A DNA stretch of 64,000 nucleotides, taken from contig CAVUZH010000014.1 in assembly GCA_963745835.1 (NCBI GenBank), positions 96,001 through 160,000 on the forward strand, given 5' to 3'. This DNA comes from an uncultured delta proteobacterium. Its GTDB lineage: Bacteria; Desulfobacterota; Binatia; UBA9968. Shown one piece after another: positions 9,251-19,176 of the stretch (its first letter is position 1; each line of letters begins with the position of its first letter). The notes beneath the pieces were generated by a model. It was not told the DNA's origin and ran no database searches. It was given only the letters and a program-made list of their open reading frames with translations. Both the position numbers and the translations under genes were made by a program.

Positions 9251-9288
9251 ATATTGGACCTTAGTCTAATTGGACCTTGGTCCAATAT
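9251..9288. promoter_or_regulatory. Tandem palindromic operator-like site
   Basis: ATTGGACC-TT-AGTCTAAT (9253-9270) overlapping a perfect ATTGGACC-TT-GGTCCAAT (9269-9286); 16-bp period. Confidence 0.55.
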
Positions 9289-9478
9289 GTCGCAGTGGAA
9301 AGAACGCTAGCGGTTCCAGCGTTTGTGATAGTTGGACGCTCTAGATCCCATATTGCTATATGATTGCGGTTTCGCACGGCGTGCTTTGGGATCCGAGCTT
9401 GATGCAATCGCGGTAAAACAGGTCACTCACGATGCAGCGTTTTTGCGTATGAATTGGCGGACGTCGATTCGTGAAACA

Positions 9479-9780
9479 TGAATGGCCAGAAACATATTGC
9501 ACGGATGGCGGGTGAGATGGAATGCGGATGCACCAATACGGCTACCGGATCAGAGGGTTTGGCCGCTTGTCGAACTATGGCCTATGCTTCATGGTCATGG
9601 TCAGCGAGAAGGCACAGTATCGATATGAAGTGCTGTGTTTTGGGACAAAGACGGACTGGCTCCAACACTAGAGTCCTTCAAGGTAAAGCGGCGCACGCCT
9701 TTCATTGGCGCCCAGTCAGAATGAACGGTGGGGATCTAAGTGGGCGGACTCCGGGGGGCTCTAAGCGACTACGAAATAGG
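9479..9780 (+). mobile_element. Probable remnant of an IS left end and transposase N-terminus (IS481-like, tentative)
   Basis: From ATG 9522, with frameshifts: MRMHQYGYRIRGFGRLSNYG...EKAQYRYEVLCF/WDKDGLAPTLESFKVKRRT/FHWR, an HTH-like pattern recalled from integrase-core transposases; no DDE domain. Confidence 0.4.
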
Positions 9781-10042
9781 CGGATAAAACCTTTTTTATA
9801 CCAAATCCGAATCTTCACCAACGAATACCGTACGAGCTCAAACCTGGAACAACGTGGACTGGTATTGCGGTGCAGAATGAAGGAACCGAAGTTATGCGAG
9901 CGAAGGTTACTTAATGTGCGCTACTATCATTCCCATCGAAACCGTCCTATGAAGAAGCGCATTACATCTAAAACCCCGCGCCACTCCAACGGGACGCCAT
10001 CGAAAATAACCGCCTCTGAGCACGGGGGATAGGCCGAGCAAT

Positions 10043-10077
10043 AGAAAAGCCGGCCGCGTTTTCCACGCCGGCTTTCT
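10043..10077. terminator. Hairpin with A- and T-tracts, possible bidirectional terminator
   Basis: AAAGCCGGC-12 nt-GCCGGCTTT. Confidence 0.45.
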
Positions 10078-10136
10078 TAGCAACGGCTTGAAAACACAAG
10101 AGACCTGCAAATTTAGGAAGTATAAGATGGCTCGAT

Positions 10137-11432
10137 ATGAATGAAGTAGTGGGACTGGATTTTGGAACAACTAACAGTGCAATTTCGATTGCAAAGCCTG
10201 ATGGAACTGTTGAATTGGCGAAATTCAAAGTCGACAGTCACATTTCAACAACCTTTAGATCTATTCTTTATTTTGATGCCGAGAATCTTAACAAAGACAA
10301 CAGTCCGCGTGCAGTCGCGGGCCCTGAGGCTATAGCATCCTATCTCAAAGGTAAGACTCATGGTCGACTGATTCAATCTATGAAGTCCTATCTGGCAAGT
10401 CATCTATTTAATCAGACGAATATCTTCAACTATACTTTTTCGCTGGAAGACCTTATTGCCATGATTGTGCGAGAACTCAGAGTTGCAGCGGAGAGTCAGT
10501 TCGGGAGGCTCGGTAAAACCGTGGTAGTAGGAAGACCTGCGCACTTCAGTGGAGCTAAAGAAGAAAACGATGATAGCTTCGCTCTTAAGCGGCTTCGATC
10601 GGCAATCGAGGCAGCGGGTTTCGAACAAGTTACGTTTGAGTTCGAGCCGGTGGCGGCTGCATATAAGTATCAGATGCAGCTTGACCATGAGGAACTAGTG
10701 CTGATCGCTGATTTTGGTGGTGGAACTAGCGATTTTTCTCTTGTGCAGCTTCGGCCTTATAATCGGAGCTACGAAGGAGATGATAGTGTTATCATTGGGA
10801 CAGATGGGATTGGCATTGCCGGTGATACGTTTGATAGCAAAATGATGCGCCATGTGGTCGCACCAAGACTCGGACTAAATTCACGTTATCGATCTCCTTT
10901 TGGCAATATTCTGGCGGTGCCATTTTGGATCTACGAACACTTGGAAAAGTGGCATTATCTTTCATTCTTGAAGACTAAGCGAACTATGGAACAACTTAAA
11001 GAATTAAGTTTTCAGGCGTTAGAACCAGACAAGATAAATGCGCTAATTCATGTTGTTGAGAATGATCGTGGGTACCAGCTTTACAGGTCGGTGGAAAATA
11101 CAAAGTGTGAACTTTCTAAAAACGAAACCGCGTCATTCAGTTTCGAGGATCTTCCAATACAGATTATCGAGCTAATGAGCCGTCGCGACTTTGAAGGATG
11201 GATCGCACCAGAGACTCAGCAAATTGCTGACTGCATCGATCGTCTACTTAAGCAGTGTCATCTGTCCTCTAGGGATGTCGACACAGTTTTTATGACAGGG
11301 GGCTCCTCGTTTGTCCCTGCAATAAGAGGCCTTTTTGAACAGAGATTTGGCGCGGCCCGGCTGCGGGCAGGTGAAGAACTCACATCCGTTGCAACGGGAC
11401 TGGCGGTCAGTGCGCTACGCAGGTTCTCGTAA
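10137..11432 (+). CDS. Hsp70-family protein, YegD-like (ATPase domain only)
   Basis: GLDFGTTNS, EPVAAA, DFGGGTSD, TGGSS motifs; 431 aa, no substrate-binding domain. Confidence 0.9.
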   Translation: MNEVVGLDFGTTNSAISIAKPDGTVELAKFKVDSHISTTFRSILYFDAENLNKDNSPRAVAGPEAIASYLKGKTHGRLIQSMKSYLASHLFNQTNIFNYTFSLEDLIAMIVRELRVAAESQFGRLGKTVVVGRPAHFSGAKEENDDSFALKRLRSAIEAAGFEQVTFEFEPVAAAYKYQMQLDHEELVLIADFGGGTSDFSLVQLRPYNRSYEGDDSVIIGTDGIGIAGDTFDSKMMRHVVAPRLGLNSRYRSPFGNILAVPFWIYEHLEKWHYLSFLKTKRTMEQLKELSFQALEPDKINALIHVVENDRGYQLYRSVENTKCELSKNETASFSFEDLPIQIIELMSRRDFEGWIAPETQQIADCIDRLLKQCHLSSRDVDTVFMTGGSSFVPAIRGLFEQRFGAARLRAGEELTSVATGLAVSALRRFS

Positions 11433-11619
11433 TTCTTTGTTGATGCGGTTCTGTTCAGACGCGAATTATTTGAGAGGTACCTAGGAAGAGTAAGGAGCCC
11501 CAGAGCGTCGGGCTGCATAGCTGAATGTGTCCGATAAATCGCAATGGCAGACTTTGTCTTCGCTTTAAGTCTTCAAGCAGTTTCCCAATAATCACCCAAA
11601 ACTAAGTTCCAAGGCAGAC

Positions 11620-12405
11620 TCAACGACGAGACGTCGCGCGCCTTCTTCTCTCAAGCCTCTCGGGCTCTGACCGGCTAACTTGTAACCCGACGGCGCGCTT
11701 AAGTTTGATGATTTCGGTGCGCATCAACGGGCGAATCTCTCCGGGCGCGAGCCTGCCCAGCTCGACATTGCCGATGCGCACGCGGATCAGCTTTTCGACG
11801 AAATAGCCGAGCGCCTCGAACATGCGCCGGACTTCACGGTTGCGGCCCTCGTGGAGTTCTATTTCTATCCAAGCGTTCTTCTTAAGTTTCTCCAGTACGC
11901 GAACGCGCGCCGGAGCCGTCATGCCATCTTCCAGGCGAATCCCATTGCGCAGCCGGCCCAGCTCTATTTCGGTCGGGCACGCGCTGAGCTTAACGTGATA
12001 AAGTTTCTTGACGCCAAAGCGCGGGTGCATCAGGCGCTGCGCCAGCTCGCCGTCGTTGGTCAGCAGGATCAGCCCCGAGGAATTGAAATCCAGGCGTCCG
12101 ACCGGAAAGACTCTTTGCTTTTCCCCGAGCGGTTCTAGAAACTGAGTGATATCGGGCCGCTGTTGCGGATCGTTGAGGGTGGTAATAACTCCGGCGGGTT
12201 TGTTCAGCGCCAGATAAACCGGTTCCGCGGCAAGCTTGATTCGTTTGCCGTCGACCCGGATGCTATCTCTCGATGGTTCGGCCTGAGTACCCAATTTGCG
12301 CACCACGGTGCCATTGACACTAACCCGCCCTTCGAGAATCCAACGCTCCGCTTCACGACGCGACGCCAGACCCGCGCGCGCGAGAATTTTCTGCAAGCGT
12401 TCCAT
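11620..12405 (-). CDS. rluB: rRNA pseudouridine synthase, RluB/RsuA family
   Basis: ERLQKILARAG S4 domain, VGRLD, EGRNREVRRM; follows scpB. Confidence 0.9.
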   Translation of the reverse strand: MERLQKILARAGLASRREAERWILEGRVSVNGTVVRKLGTQAEPSRDSIRVDGKRIKLAAEPVYLALNKPAGVITTLNDPQQRPDITQFLEPLGEKQRVFPVGRLDFNSSGLILLTNDGELAQRLMHPRFGVKKLYHVKLSACPTEIELGRLRNGIRLEDGMTAPARVRVLEKLKKNAWIEIELHEGRNREVRRMFEALGYFVEKLIRVRIGNVELGRLAPGEIRPLMRTEIIKLKRAVGLQVSRSEPERLERRRRATSRR

Positions 12406-12411
12406 AGCCGC

Positions 12412-13023
12412 TTAATCCTGCTTCTCCTGTTCGGCTTCTTGGCGCTGCTCCGCGTCTTCAAGCTGTTCAAGGGATACTTGGTCGTCCGGGATTTCCGGCA
12501 ACGTCATCTCTTCCATCTCTTTCAGGGTTGGCAATTGCGCCAGATCCTTGAGATTGAACAGCTCCAAAAACTCCGGCGTTGTCCCATAGAGAAAGGGCCT
12601 GCCCGGCACATCCTTGCGCGCAACGGCGCGAACCAGATTGCGCTCCAGCAGTGTCGTGATCACGCCGTCAACGTCGACGCCGCGGATCGCTTCGATCTCA
12701 GCCTTGGTGATGGGCTGGCGGTAGGCGACGATTGCCAAAGTCTCCAGCGTCGCCCGGCCCATTCGCGCCGGCCGGCCGCCGAGAAATTTTTTAACCCAGT
12801 CCGCATTCGCCTTGGCGGTACGCAACTGGTAGCCGCCGGCGACCTCTACCAAACGAATGCCGCGCCGGTTGTCTTGCAGTTCGTTATCCAGCTCTTCGAG
12901 AATAGAGCGGATGTCGTCTTTGCCGGCGCCATCGATGACTTCGGTCAAACGTTGCACCGTCAATGGGCCATCGGCGACAAACAGCAGGCTCTCGAGTATC
13001 GACTTCACATCTTCACGTTCCAT
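12412..13023 (-). CDS. scpB: SMC-Scp complex subunit ScpB
   Basis: ESLLF, LETLAIVAYRQPIT, IRGV, GRPFLYGTTPEFLELF; start at ATG 13023. Confidence 0.95.
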   Translation of the reverse strand: MEREDVKSILESLLFVADGPLTVQRLTEVIDGAGKDDIRSILEELDNELQDNRRGIRLVEVAGGYQLRTAKANADWVKKFLGGRPARMGRATLETLAIVAYRQPITKAEIEAIRGVDVDGVITTLLERNLVRAVARKDVPGRPFLYGTTPEFLELFNLKDLAQLPTLKEMEEMTLPEIPDDQVSLEQLEDAEQRQEAEQEKQD

Positions 13024-13784
13024 GTTGCTCTTCCTCGGGCTCCTCAGCATTCGCCAGTTCCGCGGCTTGTTCCATGGAGGCGGCGGCTTCGATAATGATC
13101 GGTCCCGTCAATTGTTCCTGGAAAATTCTTACCGCGCGCACTTTCACCAGCTCCAACATCGCCAGAAACATAACCACCACATCCATGCGCGTCTTGGCCT
13201 CGTTGAACAGTTCCTCAAATAACACCCGGCCCTGGGCGCGCAATTTATCCAGAAGCAGAGTCATCTTCTCGCGCACCGTGACCTTCTCGAGTTCCACGTG
13301 ATGGAACACATCCTTCGGCAAACGATCGATGACTCGCCGCAGAGCATTTAACAGCTCGAAAACCGACAACTCGCGAAACGTCGGCGCAGCGGCTTCTTCA
13401 ACCGGCATGGCCGAACGGACAAAAACGTCGCGGCTCAACATTTCTCTCTGTTCGAGCTGATCCGCGGCATCCTTGAAGCGCTGGTAATCCAACAGTCGGC
13501 GCACCAGCTCGTCGCGCGGGTCATTGCCCTCGTCCTCTTCCGTCTCGTCAGCGCCTGCCGGGAGAAGCATTCGCGATTTAATATGAATCAAGGTAGCGGC
13601 CATCACCAGAAATTCTCCGGCGACATCCAGACTGAGACGTCTCCATCAGCTCCAGAGTGGCCAAATACTGCTCGGTGATGCTGGCAATGGGAATGTCGGT
13701 GATGCTCACCTCATTTTTTTTGATTAAATGAAGCAGCAGATCTAAAGGACCTTCGAATATTTCTAGTTGAACTCGGGTGCTCAC
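13013..13784 (-). CDS. scpA: Segregation/condensation protein ScpA (one frameshift near 13637, probably a sequencing error)
   Basis: [12 protein letters not shown] in one frame; [21 protein letters not shown] and FLAMLEL in the next; removing one base restores [13 protein letters not shown]. Confidence 0.9.
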
Positions 13785-14759
13785 AGTCCCAGTGTTTCCC
13801 GCACTTCGCTCATGGTTTCACTCGCCTTCTTCTGGGCGGCTTCATGGCCGGCCTGCAAGACTTCTTCGACTACTTCAGGGGTTTTTTCCAGCTGCGCTCG
13901 CTTTTCTCTGAATGGCGCAAGATCTTCGATCACATGCTTGATCATGACCTTTTTGCATTCGAGACAACCGATGCCCGCAGTGCGGCAGCCCATGCTGACA
14001 AATTCGATCTCTTCAGGCGTGCAGTAGATTTTGTGGAGTTGAAATGCCGGACACTTCTCCGGCTCCCCAGGATCGGTGCGCTTGACCCGAGCCGGATCGG
14101 TCATCATCCGGCTGAGCTTGCGGTCGATTTCCTCCGCAGGATCGGAGAGAAAAACTGCGTTGCCGTAACTCTTGCTCATTTTGCGGCCATCCAAACCCGG
14201 CAATTTCTGCGTCTCGGTCAGCAACACTTCGGGTTCGGGAAATATCGAACGATAGAGTTGATTAAAACGCCGGACAATTTCCCGGGTCAACTCCACGTGG
14301 GGCGCCTGATCCACGCCGACGGGAACCTTGTTGGCTTTATAAATGGTGATGTCGGCCGCCTGCAGCACCGGATAGCCGAGAAATCCATAGGTCGAAAGGT
14401 CTTTGCCGGTGAGCTCCTTGATCTGCTCTTTATAGGTAGGGTTGCGCTCGAGCCACGGCACCGGGGTAATCATCGAGTAAATCAAATGCAACTCGGCGTG
14501 TTCTTTCACCCGGGATTGGCGAAACAGCACCGAGCGCGCCGGATCAAGCCCGACGCTAAGCCAGTCCATGACCATTTCAATGGTGCTTTGCCCGATTCCT
14601 TGGGGGGTGGCGTAATCGGTGGTGAGCGCATGCCAGTCGGCGACAAAGAAATAGCATCGATAATTTTCCTGTAAACGAATCCAGTTCTTGAGCGCGCCGT
14701 GCAGGTGTCCGAGGTGCAAGCGCCCGGTGGGTCTGGCGCCGCTAACGATTGATTTCCAT
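13781..14759 (-). CDS. trpS: Tryptophan--tRNA ligase (frameshift within the first codons, near 14750)
   Basis: [15 protein letters not shown] (HIGH-like), [21 protein letters not shown]; ATG 14759 is one base out of frame. Confidence 0.93.
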
Positions 14760-14771
14760 AATAGTCCAATC

Positions 14772-15445
14772 CTAAATCAATTCGAGGAAAATTTTTAGCA
14801 AAAAATCGAGCGGCGGTCCGATGATCCAGCTCAAAGACCGAGTCATCGAGCAGCAGCAGCAGAATGAGAAAGCCAAACGGTTCGATACGCGCCAGCAGCG
14901 TAGAAAAAGGCTCGGGCAGCAAACCCACCAACACGCGCCCGCCGTCGAGCGGCGGCAGCGGCAGCAGGTTAAAGACCGCCAACACGATATTGATCAAAAT
15001 TCCTCTTTCGAGCATGAAAATGATCGGCACAAAAAAGTCGACAAGCGACGCTGACAACCCCACCGGAGAGCTTTTGCCGATCATGGGGACGAGAAACTTG
15101 AGCAACAAGACGCACAACAACGCCAGTAGAAAATTGGTCGCCGGACCGGCCAACGCCACCCAGATCATATCTCGTTTGGGATTTCGCAGGTTTTGAAAAT
15201 TCACCGGCACCGGCTTGGCGTAGCCGAACAGAAACGGCGCATTGGAAATGATCAGCAGTAGAGGAATCAGAATAGTGCCGAACAGATCGACATGGGCAAT
15301 CGGGATTCAAGGTAAGGCGGCCCATTTGCGCGGCGGTCGAATCGCCCAGGTGATAAGCCACCCAGCCATGCGCCACCTCATGAAACACAATCGCCAGCAA
15401 TACCGGCAGGGCCCAGATCGCAATCTGTCTTATGGTTTCTTCCAA
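14772..15445 (-). CDS. Site-2 protease (M50) family protein (frameshifts near 15303 and 14847)
   Basis: HEVAH, GRLTLNP, GYAKPVPVN, AGPATN and NLLPLPPLDG spread over successive frames. Confidence 0.88.
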
Positions 15446-15549
15446 AGTTCTATATCTTTCGAGAAATAGTTTGAAAACGTATGGTAAAGCTTCTTAAAAC
15501 ACAAGATGAAACGAGAACACTTCAATGTCCGATATACGAAGGACTTCCG

Positions 15550-16485
15550 CTACTCGGTCGCCAGTTTTGGCTTACGTTGCGCGCCGCTTTCGCGCGGGTG
15601 ATAGCGTTGGTGGGCCTGTTTCAGGCGATTGGCATCCACGTGAGTATAGATCTGTGTCGTCGAAATATCCGCATGGCCGAGCATCGTCTGCACCGAGCGA
15701 AGATCAGCGCCGCCTGCCAGCAGATGGGTGGCGAAAGAATGGCGCAACGTATGGGGCGAAACTTTTTTATCGATGCCGGCAGCCAGGGCGTAACCCCGAA
15801 TGATCTTCCAGAATCCCTGGCGGGTGAGCGCTTGACCGGAGCGATTGAGGAATAGAAAAGCGCTGGATTTGCCCTTCAGCAGACGCGGCCTAGTTTCTTG
15901 AATGTACCGAACTAGTTTTTCCCGCGCCCATTTGCCAAACGGCACAGCCCGCATCTTGGAACCTTTGCCGCTGACGGTTAGGTAATCGCCTTGGAAATCG
16001 ACCTGTTGTAGCTTTATTAGCACCAACTCCGAGACCCGCAGTCCAGTTGCATAGAGTAGTTCCAACATCGCCTGGTCGCGCGCTCCCAGAACTTGATTGG
16101 GATCCGGTTGATTCAAGAGAGAGCGGACATCGTCCCCATTAAGAGCATGCGGCAGTTTTCGCGCTCTACTGCTTAAATGAAACTCCGGAATCGGAGGACT
16201 ACTCACCAACCCTTCATTTTGCAGAAAACGATAGAACCGCCTTACGGTGACAATCTGTCGGGCGATTGAACGACTGCTCAGATTGCGGACGCGCAAAGAT
16301 GACACGAACGAACGAAGATGAATCGGCTCCACCGCATCCCAGCAGGTTACCTTCTGTTTGAGCATGAAATCCGCCAATCCGGAGAGATCGCGGCTATAGG
16401 CCTCCACGGTGTTTTTGGCAAGCCCCTTCTCGACACTGATCATCGTCAGAAATGAATCAATGTAAGGGTGCAGCGAGTCTTTCAT
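15550..16485 (-). CDS. xerD: Site-specific tyrosine recombinase XerD
   Basis: EKGLAKNTVEAY, ELLYATGLRVSEL, GKGSK, SPHTLRHSFATHLL, LGHADISTTQIYTH; start set at MKDSL. Confidence 0.92.
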   Translation of the reverse strand: MKDSLHPYIDSFLTMISVEKGLAKNTVEAYSRDLSGLADFMLKQKVTCWDAVEPIHLRSFVSSLRVRNLSSRSIARQIVTVRRFYRFLQNEGLVSSPPIPEFHLSSRARKLPHALNGDDVRSLLNQPDPNQVLGARDQAMLELLYATGLRVSELVLIKLQQVDFQGDYLTVSGKGSKMRAVPFGKWAREKLVRYIQETRPRLLKGKSSAFLFLNRSGQALTRQGFWKIIRGYALAAGIDKKVSPHTLRHSFATHLLAGGADLRSVQTMLGHADISTTQIYTHVDANRLKQAHQRYHPRESGAQRKPKLATE

Positions 16486-19162
16486 CATCGGGAACGAGGC
16501 TAGCGTAGAGTGTCTGGCGAATTGCTTCAATGCGCGCGGAGTCTTCGACCTTTCCCCCTCGCTCAGTCGTGACAAAAAATACGTCGGCCACCTGATCGAC
16601 ATTGGTCGAGATCTTTGCCACATGAATCGAAAGGCCAAGCTGGTGCAGCGTATAGGTTATTCTAAACAAGATGCCGAGGCGATCCGCGGTATATACTTCG
16701 ACGACCGTGTAAAGAGCTGAGGCTTCGTTATCTATCTCGATGGAGGTCATCACTTTGGGCATGCGCTTTCGAAAAAGCGTCGATTGCGATTTTTCCACCA
16801 GCCTTTCAACGTCGATGTTTCCATCCAAAACCGCTTCCAAAGTCGAGCGGAAGCGGCTCCAGCGCTGCTCGGCCATGGCGATTTCCGAGCGCCCCCCGTG
16901 CGATACTCGAAAGATGTCGAGGATGCGGCCATCGCTGGCGGTGAAAATTCGGGCGTTGAGAATATCCAATCTCATCGCCGCCATAACCCCGGCGATTGAA
17001 GCAAACAGTCCGGGACGATCGGCGGTGCAGATCGCTACGGTGCTGCAATCTTTTTCTGGAAAGTGCTCGACGGAAACCGCCGCGCCACGGCCTTTAAATT
17101 CTTGCATCAGAGCGAAATGCGCCGGCATCTCGCCTTCAGCCACTGATAAAAAGTAACGTTCGGGCATTACCTCGATAAAACGATCGACTTCTTCGGGTGA
17201 GGAGGTCGCCGATAATTCTTCGCGCACGCGAGTCTGAATGCGCCCCAGAGCGGCGCGAATGTCTTGACGGTGAAACTCGCCCTTCTCCATATCCTCCAAC
17301 ACCGTCAGCGTCTTTACATAGAGTTCGCCCAGCAGCGATGCCTTCCACGGATTCCAAACGTCGGGCCCGACGCCGCGCACGTCGGCATAGGTGAGCAGAT
17401 AGAGCATCTTGAGATTGTTAACACTGCCCATCGTTTGAGCAAAGTCACATATGGTTTTCTCGTCTTCCAGATCGCGGCGAAAAGCCGTGTTAGTCATCAG
17501 CAGATGATGCCGAACCAAGAATTCCACCAGCGCGCCGTCGTCGACATTAAGCCGCATGCGATCGGCGATCTGGCGCACCATCACGGCGCCCCGTTCGGAA
17601 TGACCGCCACCGAAGCCTTTGCCGATATCGTGTAACATGAGCCCGAGATAGAGCAGCTCGATCTTTTCGGCTTCTCGCGCTAACTGCGTCAGCAACGGCA
17701 GCGACTCCTTGAACTCCCCGGCTTTGAGCCGCTCGATTTCCTGAATCAAGCGCAACGAGTGTTGGTCGACAGTGTAGATGTGATAGGCATCGTGCAAAAC
17801 CATGCAAAGAAGCCTGCCGAATTCGGGAATGAAAGCGCCGAGAACCCCGGCCCGATGCATTTCGAACAAGGTGTCGTAAACGCCTTCTTTCCATTTGAGA
17901 ATTCGAAAGAACGGCAAGTTGGCCGCGGCCGAAGCTCGATAAGCATCGTCGATCAAATGGAGATGAGCGCGCAGCAGCTCTCGGCTTTCGTGACTGAGCG
18001 AGCAGCGATGCTTTTGCATCTCTTCGAAGATGCCCATCAGATTGCCGCGATCTCGCGTAAGAATCTCCGGTTTGGTGATCGTGATGTGGTCTCTGGAGAT
18101 CCTTACTCCCTCCCGTATATTTCGCCCGAGGCCGACCATCCCGCCGATAAGCGGCCAGCCATTATCGGTCAAGCGATGCGTGATCAAGGCAGTGAGGCGG
18201 CTGATTTCTGAAGCGTGCCGATAATAATGGCTCATGAATACTTCGACCGCTTTGAGGCTGCCTTCGCCTTGAAAACCCAGCGCCTTACTCACTTTCTCCT
18301 GTTCTTCGAAAGTCAACTGATCCTGGTGTTTGCCGGTCGAAAAATGCAGCTCGTTGCGGACTCGCAGGAGGAAATCATGAGAGGCCTTCAGTTTCGCGAT
18401 ATCCGCCGCGTTGATGATGCCCTTGGCCGCCAGCTCATCGAGATCTTTCACCTGCATTTTGACCCGCGCCATCCAACGCGCGGTATGGATATCCCGCAAC
18501 CCTCCCTCGCTCTCCTTGACGTCCGGTTCCAACAGATAAACCGAACCGCCGTAGCCGGCATGCCGTGCGTCGTTTTCGGCGAGCTTTTCGCCGACAAATC
18601 CGTTGACCCGTTTTCTGGCCAAGCGGCTCTGGACGGATTTTTCAAATTCGTTGTAGAGGGTTTGGTCACCGCAGACGTATCTGCTATCGAGTAGCGCCGT
18701 CCTGACTTTCATATCGGTACCGGCCAAGCCCATCGACTCACCGATGCTACGAATGGCATGACCCACCTGAAGCCCGGCGTCCCATAGCGTATAGAGGAGT
18801 TTCTCGGTGACCGCCTCGACGAACGGTGAGACTTTCCAGGAGTAGATAAACAGGAGATCGATATCCGAGTGCGGATTGAGCTCGCTTCGACCATAGCCTC
18901 CCTGAGCGATAATCGCGCATTGCGGATTGGCGCTCGGGTAACGGCGCAAAAAGTCCTTGCTGATTGCGGCGAAGAGATGGCAAATCAGCTCGTCCATCAT
19001 TTTTGAATAGGCGGCAGCGATTTCGAGCCCGCCGCCGCCGGCGCGGTGCTTTTCGAACAAGGCGGTACGCGCCTTTTGCACATAGCTGCGGGTCAAACCA
19101 GTCAGGCCCGTGATGTCCTTGGTTTCCTCGAGCAAGGAATGAGGCAATGAGACAGAGTCCAC
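16457..19162 (-). CDS. glnD: [Protein-PII] uridylyltransferase/uridylyl-removing enzyme
   Basis: GGYGRSELNPHSDIDL, EPDVKESEGGLRD, HIYTVDQH, HDIGKG, two ACT domains (DRPGLF, DRLGIL). Confidence 0.95.
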   Translation of the reverse strand: MDSVSLPHSLLEETKDITGLTGLTRSYVQKARTALFEKHRAGGGGLEIAAAYSKMMDELICHLFAAISKDFLRRYPSANPQCAIIAQGGYGRSELNPHSDIDLLFIYSWKVSPFVEAVTEKLLYTLWDAGLQVGHAIRSIGESMGLAGTDMKVRTALLDSRYVCGDQTLYNEFEKSVQSRLARKRVNGFVGEKLAENDARHAGYGGSVYLLEPDVKESEGGLRDIHTARWMARVKMQVKDLDELAAKGIINAADIAKLKASHDFLLRVRNELHFSTGKHQDQLTFEEQEKVSKALGFQGEGSLKAVEVFMSHYYRHASEISRLTALITHRLTDNGWPLIGGMVGLGRNIREGVRISRDHITITKPEILTRDRGNLMGIFEEMQKHRCSLSHESRELLRAHLHLIDDAYRASAAANLPFFRILKWKEGVYDTLFEMHRAGVLGAFIPEFGRLLCMVLHDAYHIYTVDQHSLRLIQEIERLKAGEFKESLPLLTQLAREAEKIELLYLGLMLHDIGKGFGGGHSERGAVMVRQIADRMRLNVDDGALVEFLVRHHLLMTNTAFRRDLEDEKTICDFAQTMGSVNNLKMLYLLTYADVRGVGPDVWNPWKASLLGELYVKTLTVLEDMEKGEFHRQDIRAALGRIQTRVREELSATSSPEEVDRFIEVMPERYFLSVAEGEMPAHFALMQEFKGRGAAVSVEHFPEKDCSTVAICTADRPGLFASIAGVMAAMRLDILNARIFTASDGRILDIFRVSHGGRSEIAMAEQRWSRFRSTLEAVLDGNIDVERLVEKSQSTLFRKRMPKVMTSIEIDNEASALYTVVEVYTADRLGILFRITYTLHQLGLSIHVAKISTNVDQVADVFFVTTERGGKVEDSARIEAIRQTLYASLVPDDERLAAPLH

Positions 19163-19176
19163 GAGTAAGTTTACCT

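Noticed and set aside
9478-10032. 184-aa ORF as a protein
   Set aside because: Atypical composition; better explained as read-through across two degraded fragments in other frames
12163-14674. Long plus-strand ORFs (310 aa and 276 aa)
   Set aside because: Antisense shadows of rluB/scpB and trpS, common in GC-rich DNA; no motifs
13600-15310. Programmed frameshifting in scpA, trpS or the protease gene
   Set aside because: No slippery heptamers or stimulatory structures; clustered indels fit sequencing error
15550-16485. Tyrosine recombinase as a prophage/ICE integrase explaining the 176-bp repeat
   Set aside because: Has XerD-type motifs in conserved housekeeping synteny, 8 kb from the repeat, with no mobile genes around it
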